In this document: positions 20,591-30,273 of the stretch, piece after piece | Layout: every line of letters begins with the position of its first letter | How positions within the stretch are numbered: the first letter of the stretch is position 1 | Assembly: GCA_965215335.1 (NCBI GenBank) | Contig: CBDCDA010000001.1 | Span: forward strand, 2,071,151-2,135,150 | Direction: 5' to 3' | Length of the DNA: 64,000 bases | Source of the DNA: an uncultured Candidatus Entotheonella sp. | GTDB taxonomy: Bacteria > Tectomicrobia > Entotheonellia > Entotheonellales > Entotheonellaceae | Notes under the pieces: model-generated | What the model was told of the DNA's origin: nothing | Databases searched by the model: none | The model's input: the letters and a program-made list of their open reading frames with translations, nothing else | Position numbers and translations under genes: made by a program

Positions 20591-21568
20591 ATGCGACGAT
20601 TTGCCGTATTTGCCACTCTTCTCCTCGCCGGTTGCACGAGTGAAGTGGACTTGGCCCATATGCGCGATAACACGTGGCATGGCACGCAGCTTCTGTCTGA
20701 TCAGGTAACAACGATACAGGAGCAAGTGGTACGGTTGGAGGCGGTGGAAACGGAGAGGCAGCGCGGCTTGATTCGTATGACCACCGCCTTGGATGAGTTG
20801 CGTATCGAGCTGCGAAAATTGCGCGGCGAACTCGAGGAATTACAGTACCGCCAAGAACAGGCCGGCACCGGTCTGGACTACAGGCTGGCCGCCCTGGATC
20901 AACGTTTGCGCAGCCTGGAGACCCGCCCCGAAGTGGGCGGCACCGCCACAGGTCAACTTGGTCCTGGTAGCGAGTCGCCGCCCCTTCTCGAACCGGGACC
21001 CGAGATTGGGCCGCCCGTGCCGACGCCGACGCCGGACTTGGATCCCGTGGCGGAACCGCCGCTGCCAACACCCGAGTCGGAACCCGTTATGGGACCGCCG
21101 CCGGCACCGGAGCCAGAGACTGTCGCCGCAGTGCCGCCGCCGGCACCGGAGCCTGTCGTAGAGCCACCGGCCTTGCCACCCGAGAAAGATCCGGAAGCCA
21201 TACGGCTGTTCCAGCGTGCCCGTGAAGATTACCAGCAGGGTAACTACGAGGTGGCGATCATCCTCTTCAAGCAGTACTTGCGCCAGTATCCGCTGTCTGC
21301 TCAGGCAGGGGACGCACAGTACTGGGTCGGCGAATCGCTTTACGCGCAGAGGGAATATAACGCCGCCATCGTCGCCTTCGATGAGGTGATACAGCAGTAT
21401 CCACAGAACGAGATGGGCGCCGCGGCAACGCTGAAGGTCGGTTTGTCGTTCGCCAGCCTCGATGACAAGCCGAACGCGCGGTTCTTTCTGCAGCAGGTAC
21501 AGGAAAAATTTCCCAACAGCGCCGAAGCGCAACTGGCCACCGAAAAATTGAAACAATTGCGACGTTAA
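20591..21568 (+). CDS. cpoB: Cell division coordinator CpoB (YbgF), lipoprotein form with Pro-rich linker
   Basis: Lipobox LLAG-C, coiled coil, TPRs with AQYWVGES; follows pal. Confidence 0.88.
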   Translation: MRRFAVFATLLLAGCTSEVDLAHMRDNTWHGTQLLSDQVTTIQEQVVRLEAVETERQRGLIRMTTALDELRIELRKLRGELEELQYRQEQAGTGLDYRLAALDQRLRSLETRPEVGGTATGQLGPGSESPPLLEPGPEIGPPVPTPTPDLDPVAEPPLPTPESEPVMGPPPAPEPETVAAVPPPAPEPVVEPPALPPEKDPEAIRLFQRAREDYQQGNYEVAIILFKQYLRQYPLSAQAGDAQYWVGESLYAQREYNAAIVAFDEVIQQYPQNEMGAAATLKVGLSFASLDDKPNARFFLQQVQEKFPNSAEAQLATEKLKQLRR

Positions 21569-21587
21569 GGGCGCGAGGAGGGCAACG

Positions 21588-22343
21588 ATGGGACGACTGG
21601 ATGGCAAAGTGGCGCTGATTAGCGGCGGCGCGCGTGGACAAGGCGCCACCGAAGGGCGGATGATGGCGCAGGAAGGCGCCAAGGTGGTGCTGGGCGACCT
21701 CCTGGACGAACAGGGCCGTGCGGTCGAAGCGGAGATCCGTGCTGCCGGCGGCGCGGCGACTTACGTGCACCTGAACGTCACCAGCGAGTCGGATTGGCAG
21801 TCAGCGGTGCAGACAGCCGAAGACACGTATGGTGGCTTGCACGTGTTGGTGAACAACGCCGGGATTTTGATCCGCGCCACTATCGAGGAGACCACGGAGG
21901 ACGATTTCGACCGCATCATGGCCGTCAACGTCAAGGGCGTCTTCCTTGGCACCAAGCACGCCATTCCCGCCATGCGTCGCGCCGCTGGCGGCTCGATCGT
22001 CAACATCTCGTCGACCGCCGGACTCGTCGGGAGTCCCGGAGAGACGGCAGCCTACTCCGCCACCAAGGGCAGCGTGCGCCTGTTTACCAAGTCCACCGCG
22101 ATTCAGCACGCCAAGGACAACATTCGTTGCAATTCCGTGCACCCCGGCCCGATCGCTACCGACATGATCAAGGACATGCTCGAAGACCCCGAGCAGTGGG
22201 AGCAGCGGATGCGGCGCCTGCCCCTCAAGCGCCCCGGCAGGCCGGAGGACATCGCTCACGGTGTTATTTATCTGGCCTCGGATGAATCGTCGTTCGTTAC
22301 CGGCGCCGAGCTGGTCATCGATGGCGGCACCACGGCCGAGTAG
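21588..22343 (+). CDS. Short-chain dehydrogenase/reductase
   Basis: SGGARGQG, NNAG, YSATK, NSVHPG. Confidence 0.93.
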   Translation: MGRLDGKVALISGGARGQGATEGRMMAQEGAKVVLGDLLDEQGRAVEAEIRAAGGAATYVHLNVTSESDWQSAVQTAEDTYGGLHVLVNNAGILIRATIEETTEDDFDRIMAVNVKGVFLGTKHAIPAMRRAAGGSIVNISSTAGLVGSPGETAAYSATKGSVRLFTKSTAIQHAKDNIRCNSVHPGPIATDMIKDMLEDPEQWEQRMRRLPLKRPGRPEDIAHGVIYLASDESSFVTGAELVIDGGTTAE

Positions 22344-22357
22344 TGCCTCGCCAAAGC

Positions 22358-22939
22358 CTACTTCCCGAGTTGCGTCACGAATGTCGCGAGCTGAGTGCCG
22401 AGATCTGCAACACGGGCCTGCAACTTCTCATCCTGCAGGCTTCCGTCTGGCTGAAAAACCCGCATCGCCTGAGAGACCGTGACCTGCTCGGGCAATACCA
22501 ACACACCGATATTCCCCAAGATCGTGCGCACGTGCGTCAGCGATCGCACACCGCCGAATCCCCCGGCCGCAGCACTCATCAGCGCCGCCACCTTGCCCTG
22601 AAAAGCAGCGAGTCGGGGTTCATCGGGCACCGGGCGCGACACCCAATCAATGGTGTTCTTCAGTACCGCGCTGATGGAACTGTTGTATTCGGGTGCCGCG
22701 ATCAGGAAACCATCATGCGCGATCATCAATTGCTTGAACGCCTGTGCCGCCGCGGGCAGCCCCTCCGCCGCCTCCAGGTCGCCGTCGTACAACGGCATGG
22801 CATAGTCCCGGAGATCGACCAGGGTGACCGCCACCCCGGCGGCGCGCGCGCCATCCGCGGCGATGCGGACTATCCTCTTGTTGAATGAATCTGCGCGCGT
22901 GCTTCCGGCAAATGCGAGAATGCTTGGCCGGTCTGCCAT
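22358..22939 (-). CDS. NADPH-dependent FMN reductase
   Basis: GSTRADSFN, APEYNSSISAVLKNTIDWVSR. Confidence 0.93.
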   Translation of the reverse strand: MADRPSILAFAGSTRADSFNKRIVRIAADGARAAGVAVTLVDLRDYAMPLYDGDLEAAEGLPAAAQAFKQLMIAHDGFLIAAPEYNSSISAVLKNTIDWVSRPVPDEPRLAAFQGKVAALMSAAAGGFGGVRSLTHVRTILGNIGVLVLPEQVTVSQAMRVFQPDGSLQDEKLQARVADLGTQLATFVTQLGK

Positions 22940-23066
22940 GTCTTGCCCTCTCTACCTGCTATTCCGTGTGCATATCGGCTATCATTTTCCGAGCCCCAAT
23001 TGTTGGCAACGTCATTCTAGCACATCGTCGTGTCCCCTCCGTTCCACCTTCGTCATCAGCTTGTTC

Positions 23067-23094
23067 TTGACAGCATGGAAAATCGCGGTAGGCT
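23067..23094 (+). promoter_or_regulatory. Putative sigma70 promoter for the PQQ dehydrogenase
   Basis: TTGACA (23067-72), 16 bp, TAGGCT (23089-94). Confidence 0.45.
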
Positions 23095-23095
23095 A

Positions 23096-23171
23096 GGTTG
23101 ATGAACCTCCTTATGAAGTTAGGGTCTTGAATCCTACATGATCAATGATACCCTTTTATAGGTCCTGAGCC
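23096..23171. mobile_element. Mini IS5 derivative (one full IS end, internally deleted)
   Basis: Closely matches 2516-2587 (GATGAACCTCC..AGGGTCTTGAATCC..TTATAGGTCCTGAGCC); begins GGTT like the other IR; CTAG at both boundaries. Confidence 0.85.
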
Positions 23172-23305
23172 TAGAGCTATGCTATCGCTCTATCAGAGAA
23201 TACCGATCAGATCACGCCTGTCATCCCCCCCCCCCGGAAAAAATTCAGTCGATTGCCCTGGGGGAGTTGCAAGGGAGGTTCAGTACGGGGGAAACGCACA
23301 AGTCT

Positions 23306-25057
23306 ATGGCCGCTTTGCTGATGGTCGCCTTGGTCATCGTCTGGGGCAGCGCCGCCTTCGCGGATTCCCACGAGGTGGGCGAGGACGCATCGCGATACAC
23401 GTCCGAGGAGATCGAAGGCGAGGAAGAAGGACCACGTATCGAAGTCCTGGAGGGATACGTCTCGCCGGGCGTCATCACCGATTCCATGCTCCTCAACGCG
23501 GGCAAGGATCCCAACAACTGGATCCTGTACGGCAAGGATTACTCCCACACCCGCTACAGCCAACTCGACCAGATCAACACCGAGACGGTCAAGGACCTGG
23601 TGCCGAAGTGGGTCTTGTCGTTTGGCGTCCTGGACAGCCAGGGCAGCCAGACCGTTGCCTTCAACGGCAACCTGTTCGTCAGTTCGTCGCACAACCGCTT
23701 TTTCCGCATCGACGGGCGGACGGGCCGTACCGTGTGGCGCTACGACCATCCACTTCCGGGCGACGTCGCCCGGCACTTGTGCTGCGGCATGGTCAATCGC
23801 GGCCCGGCGCTCTATGGCACCAACCTCTACGTTGCCACCCTGGATGGCCACCTGGTCGCCCTCGATTCCGCCAGCGGTCAGGTCATCTGGGATCAGACCG
23901 TAGCCGATTACAAGTCTTCCTACAGCTTCACCCTGCTGCCGCTGGCGCTGGACGGCAAGATCATCATCGGCACCTCGGGGGCGGAGTTCGGCATTCGCGG
24001 CTTCATCACGGCGCGCGATGCCGAGACGGGTGAAGAAGTGTGGAAGACGCACACCATTCCCGCGCCGGGCGAGCCGGGCGGCGACACCTGGCCGGGTGAC
24101 ACCTACAAGTACGGCGGTGGCTCGGCATGGGTAACGGGAGCCTATGATCCCGAGCTGAACAACATCTACTGGGGCGTCGGCCAGCCTGGCCCGTGGGACC
24201 GTCATGTCCGCCCCGGCGACAACCTGTACACCAACTCCACCATCGTCATGGATCCGGATTCCGGGGCCATCAAGTTCCACTTCCAGTACACCCCGAACGA
24301 TCCGTATGACTACGACGGCGTGAACGAAACCGTCCTGGCCGACATCGACGGCCAGAAGGTCTGGCTGCACGCCGATCGCAACGGACATTTCTATTCCATC
24401 GACCGCACCAACGGCAGCTTCAACTACGCCGTGCCGCTGGGCAAGGTCAACTGGAACCGGGGTTTCGATCCCGAGACCGGCCGCCCGATCTTCGCCTATC
24501 CGGAGATGGACGTTGGCTACGACAAGGTCACCGAGGGTATCTACCCGGCCCTGTTCGGCGGCAAGGCATGGAACCCCATGGCGTACGACCCGAATACCCA
24601 GATCGCCTACGTGCCCGTCTTTGGCGAGCACGGCATGGACCTGCAGGCCAAGGTGGAGAAGTATACGCGCGGCGAGCTCTACCTCGGCATCAGAACCATG
24701 AAGTTCTATGGCAGTGGCGGCGAGTTGCGCGCCATCGATGCCCGGAATGGCGAGCTCGTGTGGGTGCACCACAACCCGACGCCGTTCCGCAGCAGCGTCA
24801 TCACCACCGCCGGAAACCTGGTGTTCGCCGGGGACATGGAGGGTTACATCAAGGCATTCAACGCCACCACCGGAGCGCAGGTATGGAGTTTCTTACTGCG
24901 GCCCTCCGTCATGGGCGGCGTCAATACCTTCACGGTGGACGGCAAGCAGGTCCTCGCCGTTGTCGCCGGCCCCGGCACGGGCCGGTTAAAAACCCGACAG
25001 AAAGGCGGTTACCTGATCGCCTTTGGGCTGCCTAACCCTTCCACTCCACTTGATTGA
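23306..25057 (+). CDS. PQQ-dependent alcohol dehydrogenase (methanol/ethanol family), likely lanthanide-dependent
   Basis: Signal peptide; RYSQLDQIN, vicinal CC (LCCGMVNRG), GAEFGIRG, RPGDNLY, YDYDGVNE; PQQ propeller repeats. Confidence 0.92.
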   Translation: MAALLMVALVIVWGSAAFADSHEVGEDASRYTSEEIEGEEEGPRIEVLEGYVSPGVITDSMLLNAGKDPNNWILYGKDYSHTRYSQLDQINTETVKDLVPKWVLSFGVLDSQGSQTVAFNGNLFVSSSHNRFFRIDGRTGRTVWRYDHPLPGDVARHLCCGMVNRGPALYGTNLYVATLDGHLVALDSASGQVIWDQTVADYKSSYSFTLLPLALDGKIIIGTSGAEFGIRGFITARDAETGEEVWKTHTIPAPGEPGGDTWPGDTYKYGGGSAWVTGAYDPELNNIYWGVGQPGPWDRHVRPGDNLYTNSTIVMDPDSGAIKFHFQYTPNDPYDYDGVNETVLADIDGQKVWLHADRNGHFYSIDRTNGSFNYAVPLGKVNWNRGFDPETGRPIFAYPEMDVGYDKVTEGIYPALFGGKAWNPMAYDPNTQIAYVPVFGEHGMDLQAKVEKYTRGELYLGIRTMKFYGSGGELRAIDARNGELVWVHHNPTPFRSSVITTAGNLVFAGDMEGYIKAFNATTGAQVWSFLLRPSVMGGVNTFTVDGKQVLAVVAGPGTGRLKTRQKGGYLIAFGLPNPSTPLD

Positions 25058-25162
25058 CCGCAGGCTGCATGGGTGGCAATGATCCGTGGCAGCCTCAGTT
25101 TTTTTCAAAGCATGCTCAGGAAGCATGGCAAAGCAATCGCAAGAGAGGCAGAGAGGCGAATC

Positions 25163-25918
25163 ATGGGCTTAGGGGGCAAGGTGTGCGTCATCACCGGCGG
25201 GGGGAGCGGAATCGGCCGGGGCGCCGCTCTGATGATGGCGGGGCAGGGCGCCAAGATCGTTGCGGTGGGCCGTACGGCGTCGAAGGTCGAGGCCGTGCGG
25301 GACGAGATTACCTCGCTCGGTGGTGAGGCGCTGGCGTTTGACCTCGACGTTGCCGACTACGATGCGGTGCGCGGCGTGATGAAGCAGGTATCAGACGCTT
25401 TCGGACGCATCGACGTCCTCGTTAACAACGCCGGGCACAGTTCGCGCCATCGCCGCATCCTGACAACCCCGCCGGACGAAATCCGCTCCGTCATCGATTC
25501 CAACCTCGTGGGGTCGATCTACTGCACGCAGGCGGTGCTGCCATCCATGCTGGAAGCCAAGGACGGATTGATTCTCAACGTTGCCTCACTGGCCGGGGTG
25601 CATACCAGCTACCTCGGGGGCATGATCTACAGCGCCGTGAAGGCGGGCGTCATTCATTTCACCCGGTTCCTCAATTTCGAGTTGACCAACACCGGTGTGC
25701 GGGCCAGCGTACTGATCCCGGGTGAGGTGGACACCCCCATCATGGACAAGCGGCCCGTGCCGCCGACCGCGGACGACCGCACGACCATGATCGGTATTGA
25801 CGAGTGCGTCGAAGCCTTGACGATGATCGCCGGACTGCCCAAACGGTCTTCCATATCCGAACTGATCATCCGACCCACCATGATGCGAAACGCCACCGAG
25901 GTCGCCGATTTTCCGTAG
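25163..25918 (+). CDS. Short-chain dehydrogenase/reductase
   Basis: TGGGSGIG, NNAG, YSAVK, PGEVDT. Confidence 0.92.
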   Translation: MGLGGKVCVITGGGSGIGRGAALMMAGQGAKIVAVGRTASKVEAVRDEITSLGGEALAFDLDVADYDAVRGVMKQVSDAFGRIDVLVNNAGHSSRHRRILTTPPDEIRSVIDSNLVGSIYCTQAVLPSMLEAKDGLILNVASLAGVHTSYLGGMIYSAVKAGVIHFTRFLNFELTNTGVRASVLIPGEVDTPIMDKRPVPPTADDRTTMIGIDECVEALTMIAGLPKRSSISELIIRPTMMRNATEVADFP

Positions 25919-25954
25919 GCCAGCCGCCTCCCGGCTGGCCCACCGGATTGATTC

Positions 25955-27130
25955 CTATTCCTTCGGTAGTCCCAGAACCCGCTCGCCGATGATGTTCCTC
26001 TGAATTTCCGACGTCCCCGAAAAGATCGTTTCGGCCCGGCTGTAGAGGAAATAGTACTGCAGGTCCACCGGGGTGGGATAGTAAGGCGATTCGGGAGAGA
26101 GTTGGGAGAGCGGACCGAGCAGTTCCTGTCCGATCTCGTGCATGTACTGATCCGTCTCACTCCAGTACAGCTTGTCCAGCGACGCCTCGGGCCCCGGCTC
26201 CTTGCCACGCAGGTGGCTGGTGATGGTGCGGTAGTTGCTCAGGCGCATCAGATCGACGCGAATGTAGGCGTCGGCAAGTTTCTGGCGCACGACGGCGTCG
26301 GCGCTGAGCGGCTGGCCCTTGCGGGTGGTCTTTCGCGCTACGTCGATAATATCGTCGAGGCGGCGCTTGACACTGACCTGGGTCCCGAACGACGCGGTGC
26401 CGCGCTCGTGGGTAAGCGTCGTCATGGCGATGCGCCAGCCGGCGTTGAGTTCGCCCAGAAGTTGAGATTTGGGCACCCGGACGTTGTCGAAGAAGACCTC
26501 GTTGAACTCCGAGCCCCCGGTAATCTGCCGGAGGGGCCTGACGGTGACGCCGGGGCTGTGCATGTCCACCATCAGATAGCTGATCCCCCGATGTTTCGGC
26601 GCCTCCGGGTCGGTGCGCACCAAGAGGATGCACATGTCGGCGTGCTGGGCCATGCTGGTCCAGATCTTCTGGCCGTTGACGACGAAATCATCGCCGTCCG
26701 CCACCGCACGGGTCTGCAGCGAGGCGAGATCGGAGCCGGAGTCGGGCTCGGAAAATCCCTGGCACCAGATTTCCTCGGCGCTCAGAATTTTAGGGATATA
26801 CTGCTTCTTCTGGGCTTCCGTGCCGTGCGACATGAGCGTCGGACCAACGATCATCAGCCCCAGCAGGTTGGCCATTTCCGGCGCCTCGGCACGGGCCATC
26901 TCCTCCGAGAAAATGGCCTGCTCGATCAGCGTCGCACCGCGTCCGCCGTATTCCTTCGGCCAGTGGATGCCCGCCCAGCCCGCGTCGCACATCTTGCGCT
27001 GCCAGGCGCGGCGGTATTGAAAGGCCGCGTCCGGGTCCTTCGGCGTCGGGTCCTTCGGCACGTTGGCTTCCAGCCAACTACGGATGGTCTGCTGAAACGC
27101 TATCGCATTATCGTCAAAACGAACGTCCAT
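25955..27130 (-). CDS. Acyl-CoA dehydrogenase
   Basis: WCQGFSEPDSGSDLASL, NGQKIWTS, FNEVFFDNVRVP, GTSEIQRNIIGERVLGLP. Confidence 0.95.
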   Translation of the reverse strand: MDVRFDDNAIAFQQTIRSWLEANVPKDPTPKDPDAAFQYRRAWQRKMCDAGWAGIHWPKEYGGRGATLIEQAIFSEEMARAEAPEMANLLGLMIVGPTLMSHGTEAQKKQYIPKILSAEEIWCQGFSEPDSGSDLASLQTRAVADGDDFVVNGQKIWTSMAQHADMCILLVRTDPEAPKHRGISYLMVDMHSPGVTVRPLRQITGGSEFNEVFFDNVRVPKSQLLGELNAGWRIAMTTLTHERGTASFGTQVSVKRRLDDIIDVARKTTRKGQPLSADAVVRQKLADAYIRVDLMRLSNYRTITSHLRGKEPGPEASLDKLYWSETDQYMHEIGQELLGPLSQLSPESPYYPTPVDLQYYFLYSRAETIFSGTSEIQRNIIGERVLGLPKE

Positions 27131-27259
27131 GGTAAACAGGCCCTCTCACACGATTGATTTGCCATCGCCGTCTCACGCTGGTCGAAATCGCGGTATCATA
27201 CTGTGTGGCGCCCCGCAGCACAACAGGCGCGAACTCGTTTCCACTGGGGACACCCTCGC

Positions 27260-28297
27260 ATGCAGGCATTCTGGCACGCGCTCCCGCAACCGTTCTTTGT
27301 TCTCGCACCGCTTGCCGGCGTGACCGATCCCGCCTTCCGACGCCTCATTGCCAAGTACGGCAAACCGCACGCCATATGGACGGAGTTCACCTCAGCCGAT
27401 GGCCTCTGCGCACCCGGTCGCGACCGACTGGTGCGCGGTCTGGTATACGCGGAAAGTGAGCGGCCCATCGTGGCGCAACTGTTCGGCGCCAAGCCGGACA
27501 TGATGGAACGGGCAGCGGCTCTGGCAGTCGAACTGGGATTCGACGGTATCGACATCAACATGGGATGCCCGGACCGCAGCGTGGAGAAACGTGGCGCCGG
27601 AGCAGCGCTGTGCAAGCGACCCGCCCTGGCTCGGGCGATGATTCGGGCGGCCAAAAAGGGCGCCGGCGGCGTACCCGTATCGGCAAAAATCCGCCTCGGG
27701 TATGACCGCAACGAGCTCGCAACCTGGCTGCCCGCGCTGCTGGAAGCCGAGCCCGTTGCCATCACCATCCACGCCCGCACCCGTCAGGAGAAGTCGCAGT
27801 CACCCGCCCACTGGGACGCCATCGCGCAAGCCGTGGACATCCGCGACGAACTCACCTCGCCGGCCTGTATCGTCGGCAACGGCGACGTTGCCGACCTCGC
27901 CGATGCCCGCCGCAAAGTGCGCGCCAGCGGCGCCGACGGCGTCATGCTCGGTCGCGCCATCTTCGGCAATCCGTGGCTGTTCGACGAGCGGCGCGCCCTG
28001 ACAGACGTTTCACCCGCGGAAAAGCTGCGGGTGCTGCTGGAACATACGCGCCTGTTCGAGGAACTTCTGGGGGACATAAAAAGCCTCGACACCATGAAGA
28101 AACACTACAAATCGTACCTGAAGGGCTTCGACGGCGCCAAGGCCTTGTTCCTGCAGATCATGGAAGCGCGCGACATCAACGAGGTCGAAGCGCGCGTGCG
28201 TGCCTGTGCTATCCTCCGAAAATCACCCTGGGCAGCCACAGGGCCACTTCCGGGAAGAACAGCACGACCAGCAGGCCCACGACCTGCAGGATCATGA
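27260..28297 (+). CDS. tRNA-dihydrouridine synthase
   Basis: LAPLAGVTD, PIVAQLFG, IDINMGCP, SAKIRLG, TIHART, GNGDV, DGVMLGR. Confidence 0.92.
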   Translation: MQAFWHALPQPFFVLAPLAGVTDPAFRRLIAKYGKPHAIWTEFTSADGLCAPGRDRLVRGLVYAESERPIVAQLFGAKPDMMERAAALAVELGFDGIDINMGCPDRSVEKRGAGAALCKRPALARAMIRAAKKGAGGVPVSAKIRLGYDRNELATWLPALLEAEPVAITIHARTRQEKSQSPAHWDAIAQAVDIRDELTSPACIVGNGDVADLADARRKVRASGADGVMLGRAIFGNPWLFDERRALTDVSPAEKLRVLLEHTRLFEELLGDIKSLDTMKKHYKSYLKGFDGAKALFLQIMEARDINEVEARVRACAILRKSPWAATGPLPGRTARPAGPRPAGS

Positions 28298-29570
28298 ACT
28301 GCAGCATGCCGTTGTAGATGTCCGACAACTCCCACTCCGGCGCAACGCCCTTGAGGTAGTAGGCGGCCATCGCCACCGGCGGCGACAGGAAGGCCGTCTG
28401 CAGATTGACCGCCACCAGGGTACAGAACCACACCATGGCATGCTGCGATTCGATACCCGGCAACAATGGGTTGTCCGGGTTCTGCTGCAGGGCTTCGACG
28501 ACGGGGAGGAAGATCGGCACGAAGATCAGCACGATGGCGGGCCATTCCAGCGGCCAGCCGAGTACGAAGATGACCGCCATCAGGATGATGATCATGGCCA
28601 TCGGCGACACCGGCAGGGCGAGCATGGTGTCGGTGATGAGCGTCGCCGTGCCCAGACGGGCGAACACGGAGCCGTAGATGTTCGAGGCCACGGCCAGGAA
28701 CAGCACCATGCTGGATGTCCCCAGCGTGCTCAGGGTCGCCTCGCGCAGCACGGTCCAGTTCAGTCGTCCGTACAGCGCGGTCAGCAACAGGGCGCCCAGG
28801 GCGGCCATGGCCGCCGCTTCCGTCGGCGTTGCGAGACCGGCGATGATGCTGCCCAGGGCGGCGAACACGACAACCGCCAGCGGCACGATGCCCAGGAAGA
28901 ATTCGCGCATCACGACCCAGAAAGACTCCGGGTGTTCATCAGGCGGCAGCGGCGGTCCGAGGTCCGGGTTGATCTGGCAGCGGAAGAATGTGTAGCCGAA
29001 ATACAACCCGGAGAGGATGAGGCCCGGCACGATCGCCGCGGCAAACAGCTGCACCACGGACACCCCGACCACCGGTCCCAGGACGACCAGCAGGACGCTT
29101 GGCGGAATGAGGATGCCCAGGCAGCCGCCAGCCGTGATGACACCGGCGGACAGGGCCGTGTTGTAGCGGCTGCGCATCATCGCCGGCGCCGCCAGCAACC
29201 CCATGACGGTGACGGAAGCGCCGATGATGCCGGTCGCCGTGGCAAAAATCGTTGACACGAACAGCACGCCGAGGAACAGCGAGCCTCTGACCCGCGCCAG
29301 GATGAACTGGAACGACAGGAAGAGGCGCTCCATCAGCCCCGCCTGCTCCAGAATGTGCCCCATGAATATGAACAAGGGCACGGCGGCCAGGGTTTCCTCT
29401 TTCATGATTTGCCAGGTCTGGAAGAACATCAGGAAGAAGACCACCTTGCCGAAGCCGATGTACCCGAACACGATGGCGAGGATGATCAGGGTGAAGGCGA
29501 TCGGAAAGCCGATGAAGATGCACGTGATGAGGGCGACGAGAAGAATTAGGCCAAGGTATTCCGGACTCAT
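28209..29570 (-). CDS. dctM: TRAP transporter large permease
   Basis: LAAVPLFIFMG, GCLGILIPPS, ATPTEAAA, LQTAFLSPP. Confidence 0.93.
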   Translation of the reverse strand: MSPEYLGLILLVALITCIFIGFPIAFTLIILAIVFGYIGFGKVVFFLMFFQTWQIMKEETLAAVPLFIFMGHILEQAGLMERLFLSFQFILARVRGSLFLGVLFVSTIFATATGIIGASVTVMGLLAAPAMMRSRYNTALSAGVITAGGCLGILIPPSVLLVVLGPVVGVSVVQLFAAAIVPGLILSGLYFGYTFFRCQINPDLGPPLPPDEHPESFWVVMREFFLGIVPLAVVVFAALGSIIAGLATPTEAAAMAALGALLLTALYGRLNWTVLREATLSTLGTSSMVLFLAVASNIYGSVFARLGTATLITDTMLALPVSPMAMIIILMAVIFVLGWPLEWPAIVLIFVPIFLPVVEALQQNPDNPLLPGIESQHAMVWFCTLVAVNLQTAFLSPPVAMAAYYLKGVAPEWELSDIYNGMLQFMILQVVGLLVVLFFPEVALWLPRVIFGG

Positions 29571-30166
29571 AGGATGTCGCCTCTCAGAACGGGGGGTTCG
29601 CTTTCAAGGAGAGATTCGCCTTTGATGGCGGCGTAGGCGCTCTTGAGGAACTCCGAGACCCCCTGGATGGTCAGCAGGGCCGCGGCAATGGGCACGACGG
29701 TTTTGAAGGGATAGATGATCGGACGCCAGGGGCTGGCGTCCGAGCGCTCGCCGATTCCCCACGAGTGCATGGCCTCATCCCAGCCGGCGAACATGAAGAA
29801 GAGCATTCCCGGGAAGAAAAACACCAGGTACATACTTCCGTCCACGATGCCTTTCCACTGCACGGTGAAGTTCTCGTACAGCATGTCGGTGCGGATGTGG
29901 CTGCCCTTGTACAGGGTGTAGGCGGCGCCCAGCATGAAGTGGGAACCGTAGAGCATGTACGTCACGTCATAGGCCCAGATGGTGGGCGCGTTGAAGAGAT
30001 AGCGGGCGAAAACCTCGTAGGACAGACCGCCCACCATGGGCAGTACGAGTCCGGCGAAGAGCAGGCCCGAGCCGCGCCCGACGACGGTGTCGATGATGCG
30101 CACCGCCATGACCAGGGCCTTGGGCGGGACCTCTTTCGGGGATGTGGTCTCGTTTTCAGCAACCAT
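29567..30166 (-). CDS. dctQ: TRAP transporter small permease
   Basis: YEVFARYLFNAPTIWA, HIRTD, four TM helices. Confidence 0.9.
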   Translation of the reverse strand: MVAENETTSPKEVPPKALVMAVRIIDTVVGRGSGLLFAGLVLPMVGGLSYEVFARYLFNAPTIWAYDVTYMLYGSHFMLGAAYTLYKGSHIRTDMLYENFTVQWKGIVDGSMYLVFFFPGMLFFMFAGWDEAMHSWGIGERSDASPWRPIIYPFKTVVPIAAALLTIQGVSEFLKSAYAAIKGESLLESEPPVLRGDIL

Positions 30167-30273
30167 GCGGGCTCCCATCCTGGCAGCGGGAAAAGACAGA
30201 CGCTCACACGCCCAGGGCCCGTTTGTGCAACCGGCCTTGGGCGTGTCGTTCACTCGGCCTCAGAGGGCTTCCC

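Noticed and set aside
21000..21185. Repeats in cpoB (PPPAPEP x2) and the tolA linker
   Set aside because: Ordinary low-complexity Pro-rich linkers within coding sequence
23207..24772. 521-aa minus-strand ORF (also 41334-42875, 35324-36862, 55920-57500, 11606-13015, 38714-40252, 59829-61232)
   Set aside because: Overlap well-supported genes on the opposite strand or in another frame and carry no family motifs of their own
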